A stretch of DNA of 64,000 nucleotides from Marsupella aquatica (taxonomy: Eukaryota > Plantae > Marchantiophyta), in the NCBI GenBank assembly GCA_973895155.1, contig OZ316891.1, positions 6,729,708 through 6,793,707 on the forward strand, given 5' to 3'. The notes below the pieces were generated by a model. The model made no database searches and was not told the origin of the DNA. It worked only from the letters and a program-made list of their open reading frames with translations. The translations under genes were made by a program, and so were the position numbers. Shown here one piece after another: positions 24,460 to 38,102 of this stretch. Positions within the stretch are counted from its first letter, which is position 1; each line of letters starts with the position of its first letter.

Positions 24460-26129
24460 TCTTTACCACAACTAATAGCCCCTACTCCTATGCTCCCTAA
24501 GTTAGCAGACTCTCAAGTAGCATTTGGGTTGTTGTTGAGATGCATCCACCCTCGTGCGTCCTATTTGACTCGGACGCATCCCCTTACCGAAGATCTTTAT
24601 CTACACCTCCGAGCGTTTGATGTCTCCATTCGTGAGACTTTGGCCTCTCTTTTAGGGCCAGGTACTTTGCTTTCATCTCCGTGGCTTCATCGACAGCTCA
24701 GTCTTCCTATTTCTCACGGTGGTCTTGGGCTTACTTCCACTGAGCGCCTTGCACCTTTGGCCTTCTTGGGCGCGTGGGCGGCCGCCTTCTCATTGTTGGC
24801 AGATCGTTCCTTTACTGAGGATCGACCTTTTTTACTTTCGTCTCTCATGGAGGTCGAGGAGGGTTCCCTCCCTTTTCAGGTTCATTTGCGCACGGCGCGG
24901 TCATCATTACCCGATCCTGTTCGAGCTGCGTTACCTTCATTCCAGGAGTTTTTATCCTTGGACCCCGTCCGTCTTCAGGCAGACCTTGCTGGGCGTATGC
25001 ACGCTTTCACCCTTTCCAGCATCCTCACCGAGGCACCTGACACGGACCGAGCTCGGATTCTTTCTTCAATTCCGGAGGGAAGGGCGCAGGAGGCTGGCTT
25101 CAGGCCAATCCAGTCATTCTTCACCTGCGGATGTCTTCAGCGGAGTTTGCAATAGCCATGCGTCTTCGTATGGGCTTGCCCCACCCACTTCTTGCTGGTT
25201 TACCTCCTACTTGCACTTGTGGGAAGCCTTGTGATGCCACAGGTGTCCATCTTCTTCGATGCAGTTTGGGCGGCGAAACCATTTTTGTTCACGACGCTGT
25301 GAGAGATGCGACTGCTCAGGTTCTCTCTGGCTCTTTGGTCTGCGCGCGGCGGGAGGTGATGCTCGAGTTACCTGGTCCTCCATCACAGCGGTTACGGGTG
25401 GATCTTACCATGGTCCGTGAAGGTCACCGTACTTTGGCAGATGTAGTGGTGGCAAACCCATTACCCAAGACATCATTGGGACAGCGGCAACAACGGCAGG
25501 GGCAGCAGCATCACGAGCAACAACAACGAAGGAGGCCAAATATGCTACACGAGCTTCATCTGATAGCTTCTTGCCCCTTGCTCTTGAGATATTTGGGCGT
25601 CTCCATCATCAGTTTGACGGGCTTCTTCGCCAAGCTGCTCGGGATGTTCACGGCCGGATGGGTCCCACCGGGCCCCCGCTATCTGTTTTGACCACACACT
25701 TTCGCCAACGCATTTCAGTCACCTTACAGCGTGCTCAAGCTCGAGCCGTCTATCGTCGATCTCTGACAGTGGGTGCTAGTGTGACTCCGCAGCGGCTAGC
25801 CCCCCTAGAGGACATTCCTGTCCCACTTGCCGATCTAGTTTCGACACTTGATGTAGACCACTAGCTTGTTGCCACATTTGCTAGGTATAATGAGGACCTC
25901 GGTCCATTTGCGGTAGTTTGAGTTCCTCTTTCTTGGTTTTTAGGGGTTTCCTTTTGCTCACTTCTTTTAGTTCCTCTTTCTTGGTTTTTAGGGTTTCATT
26001 TTGCTCACTTCTTTTGCGTTTGGTTTTGTCCACTTGGGACCTCTCTTGTTTATTCTTTTGTACTCTATTTGGCCTTTTTATGTAAAAAGTATGTGTATAT
26101 TCTCGTTTACTAATTGGAAAGAAAAAAAT
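24460..26129 (+). mobile_element. 5'-truncated, frameshifted non-LTR retrotransposon with restriction-like endonuclease (CRE/SLACS-type)
   Basis: RT C-terminal motifs (QLSLPISHGGLGLTS, LAFLGAW), CCHC knuckle CTCGKPCDATGVHLLRC, HDAVRD, RVDL...LADVVV, LPLALEIFGRL, RISVTLQRAQARA, spread over three frames. T-rich 3' UTR and an A-rich tail near 26118-26128. Confidence 0.88.
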
Positions 26130-26796
26130 AGAGCAAAAGTTTGAGACACCCTGATAATATCAAAAGTCGTTAGGCCTATTTTGGCTCTTTTGTTGAAGGC
26201 ACTAAATGCGTGCATCATCATTCTATTTTTCAAAAGGGAAAGCCAAGCCCAGATAGACCTCTACTATAGGTTTGCCAAAATACTGCCATGGATTTCTGGG
26301 CCCCATATGGCAAGCTTTTAGTCACAGAGCATACCCGTAAATAATCCATCCTAGTTACCTGGTTTCTACCTAGTATCTACTATCCACGAGCGGCATATTC
26401 TTCTAAGGGCTACACTAGAAAGACTTCGAATATAACAAAATTTTAATTCTTATTTATTTTGTCTGGAAAAAGGACCAAATAAACCCCCACAAGTTTTCGT
26501 GCTCGTTACAAGAACAATCACCAAACATCACATGAGGCGTTCCAAACCGTCGTTCCCTGTTTGCGTCCCGTCCCGCCGCTACCGGTACACCGACCGGACG
26601 TGACCGGCTGGTCTGGTCGGGCCCTCGGGCTTCCGCTGTCCCTCGGGTAAAATAAGAGACCCTGTACCACCGCGAATTTGGCAGACTCTCGCAAGACCTG
26701 TGGCGGTCTCGCTAAAGTAGTGGTAGAAGGAGAGCCATCCGGACGGGAAGCGATCGTATATTGCGTGATTAGGAGGGAGGCAAGAGCCCAGCCAAG

Positions 26797-27132
26797 ATGG
26801 CGACGGTGGCGGAGCTGAATAGGGACATGCGGCTGTTGGCACAGGTGGTGGACTCGCTTGTGCGGAACCTGAACATGTACCCGAATTTGGAACGAGACAT
26901 TGCGCACCTAAAGAGGCAGCAGCAGGAGGTTTGCCAGAAGCAAGACGAGACGAGCCAAACGATCGGGCTCGTTCGACAAGACATTGATCTGCTGCGCTTG
27001 GGCCATCGCGAAATCATCCACCGCCAAGAAGACATCGAAGGCGGCCACTCGGCTCTCAAGAAGGGCAACCAGGAGATCAATGCCCGCCAGGACGAGATGA
27101 AGAGCGAAATCATGCACTTGGCTGGCATCTGA
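26797..27132 (+). CDS. Small coiled-coil protein B (111 aa), paralog of 23126-23503
   Basis: Shares QVVDxLxRNL..PNLER..HL, LKKG.xEIxARQD and the terminal AGx* with protein A. Confidence 0.8.
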   Translation: MATVAELNRDMRLLAQVVDSLVRNLNMYPNLERDIAHLKRQQQEVCQKQDETSQTIGLVRQDIDLLRLGHREIIHRQEDIEGGHSALKKGNQEINARQDEMKSEIMHLAGI

Positions 27133-29195
27133 TCGATCCTCAACAATGGAATTCCGAATAAATTTTTTAAATGAACGAATCGTAGCTCTCTGTTAACAGT
27201 GTACATTGCCACATAAATTGTGGCAATGTTGATGTGTAATACAAACACGGGCCTCTTCTGTTGTTTCTGTCGGTGTCGGTGTAAAAGTATTCTCCTCTGT
27301 AATTAAAGAGATTAAAGAGATCGATCTAAACCGTCTGTAGACAAGAATGCACAGTCTGATAATATCTTGGCATGGCGAACATAAGCATATAGGCAAACTC
27401 TTTGAAGGACCACGATGTACAGTCGAAAAGTATTCTTCGAATGACATTGTGTTCATAGATAGAATCATTGTTGGGGTTATACTCGATCAGATACATATAC
27501 ATGAATCGGCACGAATTGAGGAGCACTGTGCCAGCACTTGATTCCTAGGCCCAGACTTTTTATTCAGGGCTGAGTTTTGCAGAGGATCAACTAGCCGACA
27601 TTGAATGTTGGATTCTCGACAATTGATCGTTTTGGACCCAAAAACAAACTATAAGAATTGAAATCATTCAAAAACTTTCGAAACATTTGATGATTTCAAT
27701 TTCATGATAATTATGGATGATTAGTAGCGTCTTCTCGGGCGTCTTTTCAGGCAGATAATCCTCGTCACTTAAATACCTGAGTTTCTTATCCAAGTTCGTT
27801 AACGCCAAACGAAAAAACCCTTAATAATGTCACGTTGCGGATAGGCTTCATTGCCACTGTTTCAGGAGGAGTCTACCGTCCTCTAAAACCTAGGCTCTAG
27901 TCTACACGACCGTCATATTTCTCTTCAATTTCCATTTTCCAACTAGATGTGAGATTAACTCATATCCAGCGGGTACGTGTGTCGTTCGAATGCTGATTGT
28001 ACGTGGGGTCACTAAAGTGGATTGCGCTGACAGGAATCAAGTCGATTCTTCGGGCAAAAACAAATTATCGAGTCTCTAACTAAAACGGCCTGCATGGCGG
28101 GTCCAAACCGGGACGCCGGTGTCACAGCGCGCTTGCATTTGTCACTTACCAATGATGAATATCAAATCAAAGTAAGCGGGATGTTCTATCCAGGGACCAG
28201 ATTTCCCGTGGTGTGATGTAGGCTGGAATCTAGACTGGTATTGATACAATTATGCATTTTCTGTCTTACATCGCACAACTAAGATTACATTTGTCGTCTT
28301 ACATTGCACAACTAAGATTCTGTCCAACACAGATATCAGCGCAGAACAAATACGAGGTGTACATAACTACACGGAATGTGTAGAGTGATCCATACGCCTA
28401 AATAGGCAATTTCCACATAAACTAAGGCATTGCTGTCCACCTTTCACTTTATTATTGGTCCAGTTATAAAGCTGAAAAATTTGTGGATCAATCTTTACGA
28501 AAAACTGATTAATTATATTGCTGAACATTTTTCGATGGGTACGTTGACGTGGCCGCATTAAGTAGGAGTCCTGATTTACAATTTTCAGTCTAGGAGAGTG
28601 AGAACTATGGGACAATTCTGACCGATATCTCAGTCAATTCATGTGAGAGAAGGGCAGTGATAAGCGCAGAGACGTCAGTCTTTCTCGATCAAGGTGAAGT
28701 GCTACTAAGGTCACGTTAGGTGCGATGTTTCCGAAGATCCCCGTTTAGACGCCATTCAGGCACATATATCTAGTGACCGGCGTTAACTGTTCACACCAGG
28801 AGACTGAGTGAGGAGAAAAGGGTCAGGAATATATATATAGAGAGCAAATAGCTCTCCCCTTATCTAACTACTTCATGCCTCACATTCCATGTTGAACGCA
28901 CCCGATATCTATACATTTATGACTCGATGCTGCCAGGCACGATTATTTACAGTGATGCATGGAGCTAAGAGATGGAATATTAAGCTACTTCGTAGATCAC
29001 TGATTGGAGACGACGATGAAGATACAATCTTCGTCAAATCCTCTTGTGCGCTCAAATGTTTCTCTAAACCAGTATTTACATTTTGATCACATGTGACATT
29101 GATTTTAAGCACGCATTGTGTAAAATATATCTTTAGAAACCAGTGGCAGATATCGATGAGCCTGCATTATCTTTGAGTAATTACGGAAGGCCTAG

Positions 29196-32100
29196 CTAAT
29201 CAGTTCTGTATGTTGAAGGAGTAAATGGGGGTTTTGTTGAACTGAAATGTCTGTGTATGACTCTCCCTTTGACAATTTCACGAAGGGGGCCCTGCTTGGA
29301 ACCTAGGCCTCGTGGGACCTTGTACTGGTTTACGGAAGCACCCCGGCTGACGGCATATTCGCAGAGTAAGTCGAACGTCCCGGGCAGTACTAAATTCAAT
29401 TCCAGAGGCCCTATAATGCCTTCATAACGCCCTTCACGATAAATGAAATTTAGTGAAGCTTCCAAAGCGGTGCAGCATCGGTCCAAGAGTGAAGATGGTA
29501 TGTCAACTGGAGCTGATGAAGACGTTGGCCAAAACTCCCACACGATCACGTAGTGTCCAGGTTCCACCAACTCAGTGAAGCTGGTGTACTCGAATAGTCT
29601 TACCCCGGGTAGCTCCCTCTCAAGAATCAGGGCAGCTTTCCTCACGGCGGCCTGCAGGTCGACCTCGTCTGTCTTGTCGTGGTCCACGCTAAGAAGTATA
29701 TTCTTCCTGCGCAGAAACTTAAACAAAGGGGAGTTGTTGTACATGCCTACCACCTCCAGAATGTCACCCATCCTCAAGCGGCAATAACCTGCACAAACGC
29801 ATGACATGTACGCCATTTATTATATAGCATCCTCGTCCTGCAGACTCTTATCCTCATGGCCGAGAAACCAAAACCTATTTGAATGGAAATCAATCATCGC
29901 TTCAATCAGTTCAGATGAGTTCGCAATACACGGGTAATTGCATCTTCGATCCCTTGAAATCTCTACCCTGGACGTTTTAAAGCTTGCATCAATCTCCGTG
30001 TTAACCTGCAGGGTCTCTAGTCTTACTGTATGCATATATGAGGTACAGTGTCCTTTCGAGAGAAATGCTAACTCAAAGCTACTTCTGTACAATGCGGAAG
30101 TCTACAATAAAAACTTTCTTCCAAAATCACATTCCTAACATAATTTATACGACATGCAATGTATCATCTTACCTAGCCTGATTTATACGACATGCAATGC
30201 AAATACTGCCAGGAACCATCTGTTACAAGCTACTAGAGAGAAAGGACCAGGTGTGAGGATTCTCTTCGTAGTGCCTTCACTGTTCAACACCGTTATTATC
30301 TGGGTAATTAGTTAGTGGCTTACGTTTCCATTACATCACAGGAAGATTGCAATAGGAAATTCTTCATGAAAAATTAACCTACCAGAAATTGTCGTCACAA
30401 GAATCTCGTACTGCCGCCCAACCTGCAAGCTGACTAGGTCTAGAACTTCTTCTTCACTGGAAGCAATCTCTTTCGTGTCCTTTGTCCTTTCGCCCTCGTC
30501 CTCGTGACCAAGGGGGTGGACTTTTGAACTCGAACTGCGTTTTGGAGCGTCAACTTCAATGAATTCATAATATGTTACGGTGGGCATCAGAACGTAATAG
30601 GTTTCCTCAGGAGGAAGCGCTGGATTCATATTTATGCCGACGAAGCCTTCAGTGGCAGAGTACAAGGGAGTGCAAACGATTCGCATGTTATTGCTGTAGT
30701 GTGCGAGAGATGGCAAATATTCCTGCGTGCAGCCCCGGAAAATTGTGTTAGTCACAGGAACAACACCACAGTTCCAATCAAGTCAGAAAATTTCGCATGC
30801 ATGCAGCACGACACCTTAAATGAAGATCGGCAGTTCAATCTATCAATATTCTATGAAGTAAATATATGTTGTGCAGTTTGCACCTTCATTATGCCGGTGC
30901 CGCCAGTATCGATTACTTCACAATTTGGCCAGAGCCTGGGGATGATACCGTTCTGATTGAACAACCCTTCCTCGGACAAGCATTCCTTTCGGATACTCCT
31001 TGCGAGTTCCGCTCTCCATTCAGCTCCCTTCTCAAGTAGTAGAGGCAACACTTCCGCCCTTACCTTTTGATCCTGTACTATTACATTCAGCGATCCTGTA
31101 GCAATGTCCTCGCAGATTTCTGTAGCAGGGTATGCACCGACGAGCACCAGTAAGTTGCTTGATCATGAGACTGCACCAACTTATGACCATTAATTTATGC
31201 AACACGAGTTGACATCTTGGATATTTTGCTTTCTATTTATGGCGGCCTAGTATACGGAGTAACATTTACTATACGGTTCGAAAGATTGCCCTTTCCAAGC
31301 ATCCCGGATACATGTTTATCTAAAACTAGTGCCTTAACGTAAATAAGATGAACCCTCCAGAACGATCACGTACTAGAGGTAACGTGTGGTGCAGCAATTG
31401 TCAGAAGAGGCACATGCCGATTTAAGATTAAGCTTAGCAAGCTGAGAAGGCAATTCTGAAAGATCACCTGAGAAATAAAAATCTGTCTACGATACCAAAA
31501 GCAGCCGTACAGATTGAGAACATATGTGATGTGTAAGACACGGACTTAATTACCTGCCCACCACATCTCTAACGCCCTCAGTGCTTTGACCACAACAGTG
31601 GCATAGATGCCACCAATTCGGCGGATTGAGTGGCGCTGCAGGAGGGCGCACAGGAGATGGCCGTACATGGCAGAATTGGTGTCTGGGGTCTCCAGTACGG
31701 CGTTCGGGCTGCTAAGGTTATAGACGGGATGAAATAATCTCTGCTGATAAGCGGTGCTATAGATGAAGCTCGTCACCGCCGTCCTGGTTGGCAAGCCACA
31801 GGGAGTCTGGCTGCCTGCTCGTAGAAAGACCAGATTCAAAAACTTTCCCTTCCCGAGACTTGGCAACGCACTGCAAAAGGCAGACCCACGTCTCAATTCA
31901 ATAGTTTGCGGCAACTCTATTGTGCCTGGTCCGATTGACACGGCCATTCGTTTTCGACTTCACGTACACTCCGGTACTTTTTTTCTTTAATCTTTACTTG
32001 ATCATTCAGAAGAAGAGAAGCATTTGCATTTCCAAGTTGTCGAACACTTAAGCCTGGCTCTAGACTAGCACGCGTGTCTGCATGCAAAAATGCTTCCAAT

Positions 32101-32854
32101 CTTGTGACTTCTGAGACACCGCAACAGTGACTCGTCTTTCACAATTGGAAACGTAGCAAAATCAGAAGATAATACGCACCGGCTGAGGGTTGGTGCAACA
32201 AAACTCCAAACTAGGCCCCTGAATCCGAGATCTTCGCCATTGACGGGAAATAACTTGGGATCTCCACCTGTAGTGCCGGAGCTGCGTTACAGACAGATAT
32301 ACGTGAAATTAAACGCTGTCCGATCGTTCAAGGCAGAGGCCCAACTCTTCATCTCGACATTAATGACTGGTAACATTTCAGATTAGCATATATGAAGCGC
32401 TGCAATTTCACAGGACATGGCTTCTGCAGTAGTTGGCTGAAATCCAAGAAGATGAAATCTACCGCGACGGTGGTAAAATACGCTACCTGACCAACACTTC
32501 CAGCGGAGGATCTGCAGATAGAATTGGGGATTTGTCTCCATTTGCTATTCGCTGAATAGAGTGTCGAAACGCCTCGTAATCTGACACGGGCATGCACCTT
32601 CGGAAGGTATCCACATCTGTAGCACCGTTCATCCCGTGCTTTCGCAAGTACTCCGTGTTCGCATTCTTCTTCAGAATGTACTCCAAGTGCAGGCTCTGCT
32701 CCAACTCCGGCTGGGTAGTGACTGTCTCCAAATACTGCAGCATTTTCGTCTCTCTTTGGACGAAGTCCGAGTCCTCTACTTCATCGTTTGGGCCCCAATG
32801 AGCCCAATCTACTACTGCCCCACCTTCGTAGGGATGGACGTACGTCTTAGACAT
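29196..32854 (-). CDS. GH3: GH3-family acyl-acid amido synthetase (651 aa)
   Basis: Exons 32854-32487, 32281-32180, 31870-31554, 31119-30884, 30722-30383, 29788-29196 are GT-AG and in phase (1956 nt). Motifs SSGTTGGDPK, YSATEG, RLRMGDIL, LSVDHDKTDE, PGHYVIVWE, NQYKVPR. Confidence 0.95.
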
Positions 32855-33165
32855 CGCTTCTGATTATGTCCTTCACTTAGACGACTGCAATTCCAAATCT
32901 TCACCTCATGACGCAATTGCTTCCTCCTCAGAAGTCAGAAGTCTACAGCACTCCCTAGCTAGCTTGCAGCTGCTTGCACAATTTTAAAAACTGATCGACA
33001 ACACGCCACCCGCAAACCGAGTACAACAGCCACAGGGACACTAGGTCAGTGGAAGAGAGTGATCGCAGCACCAAACAAAGCGTGGAGCGCTGATCCAGAT
33101 CGAACTTTGAATTTGTTCCCGTAGATCCACGGAAGTTCGGAGAACCAGTGCCGTGCCTTCAGTGG

Positions 33166-33575
33166 TATATATGCCCATCCGAAGGCAAGCTTCCGACCAA
33201 GGCTCTGACCGATCTGAAAGATCTAAAGCGTTACTACCGCGTGCTTTTGTGTAAGTGACCAAGTCAGATCGCCGGTCGTCGTCCTAGCAGCGCCAGGAGC
33301 TGTAACGCTGATGCAACTTTAATCATTCGGTGCATCAGGTCGAGACAGTTGCATGAGGTCGGCAGTTGCTGCGTGCAATCTCTTTTCAGATTTTCGTCAG
33401 AACGATATCTATTGCCTCAACTCAATACTCATCATGCTTGTGGAGCGCAACCGCCCTTGCCAGTGATGGCGGAGACAGTCGGTGACTCTGTGACAAAAGC
33501 TAAAGACCTCCAGTCTCCAGAGTTTCAGAAGATAATTTATAGACAGCTCTGGGCAGGTCCTGTACGTATGAGACA
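33166..33575 (-). promoter_or_regulatory. GH3 upstream region: TATA candidate and three TGTCTC auxin-response-element matches
   Basis: TATATA at 33166-33171. GAGACA on the + strand (TGTCTC on the gene strand) at 33342-33347, 33472-33477 and 33570-33575. Confidence 0.5.
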
Positions 33576-36500
33576 ATCTGATATTAAGCACATCTTCCTC
33601 GTGCTGAAAATACTTTGGACAGCAACCATTCGCCGTTCAAATGATTGCCGTTTACAGCAGTGTGCAGTCCGTCTCTGTTGGGCTGTCACAAATACTTAAA
33701 TCTGGGAATATCGACGGCTGACTGGCTGAGTAGCAATGGACGATTTTGACCGTCATAAATTATTACTGTATCAATATATTTTCTGAACCGTAAAAAGCCA
33801 TCAAACATGCTCGAACTTCGATATTGATTCCTCAAAATCATTATCCTTTTAATTCACATTCGCACCTCCTTCGAACAAGCGTGTGTTTGCTTGGATCCGT
33901 TGGATATAGCGTCCGTTGGATATAGCGTTACCTTTTATTCGTACCTCTGCTCTCCTTTTCTGCCTTCGCCCTGCGGCATGACTGTTACCTCATGTGCCAG
34001 TGGATTGAAATCAGGAGGGCCTCGCGAGATTTTGGACTAGCTTTAGTAGGAACTCCTTTATTGGTGTCTACTGCTCCATCATTCCATGCTGCCCATTATT
34101 GCGGCGCACATCACTCACACAAGGTGAACACAGCTTTGCAATTCAGATTGTTATTGTGTGTGAGTTTACTTCACATTAATCATCTTAACAAGTGTAACTA
34201 GCTGTAGAACTTTTCATTCTGGCAATGGCAAGTGAGGTTTTGAGTTAAGCTTCACACTGTCTTTCTTGTTACCTTAATGGAATTTGCATCAAAGAGCGGA
34301 TCGAACTTCTTCCAGCTTGGTCGCATCCTACACAAAATTGAATCCTGCGCCTGTTTCTTTACACGGTCGAACGCCATTGGGTGAATTAAGCTCAAGAGAG
34401 CCTCGATTCGTGGGTTTAGACTTATGAAACCAAATTCAGATGCGGTAGAACTTCATCCGAACCGTTCTTTTTCTGAAGCGCTTTTGGGATTGAGTGGATC
34501 CTGTACTGCGATAAAAAAAAAAAAGGGAGAGGTTCAGCATCCAGTCGTACTGGTTCAAGAGGGCCTCTCAGTAATGTGCTTCGGAATGGAATCTCTCAGT
34601 GGTTTACTTTGAGAGTGTGAAGGAGGAATCAATGAGCGAACTAATTTGGGGATAGGATGGTAATCGCAAACTAACGAATTACTTTACCAACTGTCTGGTA
34701 TATTGTTGCCACCTATATATTTGACATTTTCCAGCAATCCAGGCAACAATACAACTCTACTTAGAATCCCTTTACACCAATGGACTTTACACCAATGGAC
34801 GTGAGACATTATTCCCACTTCACCCATTGCCCTGTCCTAGTGTCTGATTGTAATGTATATATATAACATGAGAAATTGGGCTACTTCACCTTCCGGTGGT
34901 GAGTGCATAGCCGGTGCATCAGGAATCTATCATTGTTGTTGTGCAGTGATATAAAAATTTCCATGCATCCTTTGAATCTGTTGGGCAAGTCAGGGTTCAC
35001 TGGAATCACTGGACTACAGTGGTCCGCCATTATCTCCCGTCAGTACTGAGCGTTCCGGATGGGCCTACGCAGCAAGTTTCCGACCAGCCTATTAAGCACG
35101 TGCAGAATTGGACTGGGTTCCTGTAGACTTTAGAGCAGCTTTATAGATCAGCAAAGCGCCATGCAACCTTACGGACTGGGATATGACAGGGCGTTGCCTT
35201 ATACGCCGGACAAGAATTTCGCTAACTTTCGCAGCTTTTTATTGTAGCTTAGCGCTTTGCAGACACCGGCCGGGTCCACCGTCCTTGATCACCAATTGAA
35301 ATCACAAATCGTGCTGCGACACAGCAGTCGGCACGGCGACTTTGACGTAAGCCTTGTTTCAGCAGAGGTGAGCCAAAATCAAGGTCACGACGAAAACAGC
35401 AACCACCTGGATTTTGGCTCGCATTTGCTTTACGTCATCTTTGTGCCCTCCGCAAATTAAGGGTTTGGAACAGATGTATTCCTCGTCTTTCATCGTGTCC
35501 AAGAGTCTACCCCTTATAAATAAAGTGCATAAATGCATTCAATGGTGAGTTGCAGGCTAATGGTGTACTTCACAGTGCTTTTTGGGCGGGGGAATATGCA
35601 CCAAAAACAATTGTGGTGGACGGAGACCCTCATGAAACAACATGCAATGACAGAAGTGCGTTTTGTTTGTAAAGTTTATTAGACCTAGCTACTACCAGTA
35701 TTTTTCAACTTGAATACATATGATATATTAGTAAAATTAATATGATTACAATACATACATATATTGAGGCAAAGATTTCATAGAAAGATTTATTGACATG
35801 CAGACAATTACATATGTTAATTTCATGCACTTGTGTAATTGAATCGTGTGGCATGCAGGCCCTAGGTATCAATGATGTGTGTGACCTAACAGCACATATG
35901 AGACTAGATATGAGAAGTACATAATTGATTTCCCATGGCACTTATTGAGTAGAAGTGGTGGACCTCTTCCCCGGAACACAATGCCTAAGCGTTGTGTCCG
36001 AATATATATGGTCAAAACAGGGACTTTAGGCAAAAAAGACATTTTTACTCAAACATAGCGCCCGGGCGCTGTGTTCAAAAATGTGGACAAGTGACTCTAG
36101 GAGAAAGGTAACCAGGTTGCAACTACAATATGTTACTTAAAATCGTCCGACACCTCCACTCTTTCAACTTACGAAATCAGTTGTCCTTTGAGAAATGTAA
36201 GCTAATTTTGAAATGCTTCATTCTTGGAGAAGTGTGCATTCATTGTTTCCAAAATGTTAAGCAGCAATCTGGAAATATCGATATATTGTTCTGCTGTGTG
36301 TACTTTTGACGGACTTTCACATCAACCCCTGACTGACGCCACGGCATCTAGTCACAGAAACCCATAGTACCTACGTGCATAATTAGGTCTGACGACTCAC
36401 TTTCTCTATTTCCAATTTTCCATTGCCCTCAAGATCAAGGCACTCCAATAGAAACAAAGCAGCCGAGTCTAGTTTGCATTGCCTCCCCAACGCAAGCTCC

Positions 36501-36871
36501 CGTGAGACACTGAATGGGGCTTGGCTGTTGTTTTGTCAGGATTGGCAAACGGGCGCGATAGCCCCTGCAAACCTCAAGGACCCAAGACATCCCCATAGTT
36601 ACCCAACTGAGCGGGCAACTGAGCTCAGGAGGATGTAGTTCTTCTTAACAACTTCCAATGCACCCACCCAAGACGTCCTCCAACAGACTCACTGCCCGAA
36701 ACTGAAAACTTATTGCCATTTTTGTTCGGCATTCCCCTTAGTAATGCGACTGTTGGGCTTCACGACTTGGGCTCGCCCTTGGCCCATTGGGAGACACCAC
36801 TCCCCTCATATATGCTTCTGAAAACATGTCACACTTGGACCAATGTACTTCAATGGTCCCCTATATTTGGC

Positions 36872-37156
36872 CTCGGGGGTCTCACTATATAGATGCCTCC
36901 CCATAACCTGGAACGTTTTTAGGCGTCCGACCCCCTAAATTGTAAGAAAAAAATATATTTTTCAACCCCTATAGAGTTGGAATATTCCAAAATTTTGGTT
37001 TTAAGAACCCTAATCTTCTTATAAGTCTCAAATTTTGATTTAAAAAACCTTATTGTTCTTCTCAAGGAATTCTTAAGTCTTCCCTTTGAATCAATAAAAT
37101 GATTCTATACTTTGTCGCACGTGATGTGCCATTTTTGTGGAAGTGAAACCCCCGAG
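36872..37156. mobile_element. MITE (285 bp) with TIR CTCGGGGGTYTCACT and 8-bp TSD TATTTGGC
   Basis: TSD at 36864-36871 and 37157-37164. The TIRs match at 14/15 positions. Confidence 0.92.
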
Positions 37157-37184
37157 TATTTGGCCTTGAACTTGGACTCTAACC

Positions 37185-37492
37185 CTTGGGGGGCTCATTC
37201 TAAACAGGGTCTCATAACACACTCGACGGTTTTAGCTATTAAACACTCTAAATAAATAAATGAAGTTTTTTGAACTATTTTTTTACCCCTGCCTTTTTGT
37301 AATATTCTAACAATATTCCCAAATTCATTTCTAAAACCCTATCGATCTTCTTTTATAATTCTCAAAATTGGATTTTAAAAACCCTAATGTTCTACAAAAT
37401 TTTAAATTATCTTTCTCAACCCAACAAACAAACCCTATAATATTACTTATTTTTGCGTGATGGGTAGAAAGGAAATAAGTGAGGACCCCGAG
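37185..37492. mobile_element. Older related MITE (308 bp) with TSD CTC(T/C)AACC
   Basis: Degenerate TIRs (cttggggggctcatt / agtgaggaccccgag) and a similar AT-rich interior. TSD at 37177-37184 and 37493-37500 with one mismatch. Confidence 0.7.
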
Positions 37493-38102
37493 CTCCAACC
37501 CGATCGACTATATAGGCACAAACCTAACTTTTTATGCCCAAGCATAACTTTTTAGTTAGACTTCCAATTGCCCGTCCAATTGTGAAGTGTGACTTAGCCC
37601 ATTGTGATTGAGCCAATGTGGTGCTCATGTCTGGCCCTGGGCCCTCGGTCCACGTAAAATTAGTGAACCCCCTGCAATCGTGACCCCGTTGCTCTTATCC
37701 CTTGTTATTTTATTTTTTCTATAAAAAATTATCATGTTACCGGTAATATTAATAATTATTAGTTCAAAATGAATAAAAATGCATATATGGAATAAGGGTT
37801 TAGGTAGGGATGCATTTTTTACAAGATTTTTTACTCTATTAAAACAGGGCATGTGCTTATTGGGGCACTTATGAGTAAATGCAATTCCAGTGGGATGTGT
37901 ACTTATCAATAACTGTACATGTTGAGAATGATGTCATTTAGCTGAAATGTTTTAGCCCTGTTTGCACTTTAGAAGCGTGCACAAAGTGCCAAACTCCATG
38001 TTAAAACAGGGAAGAACATGATTTCTTGCAGTTATCCAGGTTTACTAAATATAAAGTTTGCACTTGAAAATGGCAAGTTGTGTGTGCCTGTGTAGGCGGG
38101 TG

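Larger units (their letters stand above)
36475..37770 (+). mobile_element. Second, partial copy of the 9150-10340 element, interrupted by two MITEs
   Basis: Colinear similarity from tgcattgcctccccaacgcaagctcc through gacttgggctcgcccttggccc to ataattattagttcaaaat.aataaaa. Confidence 0.75.

Noticed and set aside
27326-27526. Short coding-looking ORF convergent with coiled-coil gene B
   Set aside because: Only 66 codons, with no motif, homolog or splice support.
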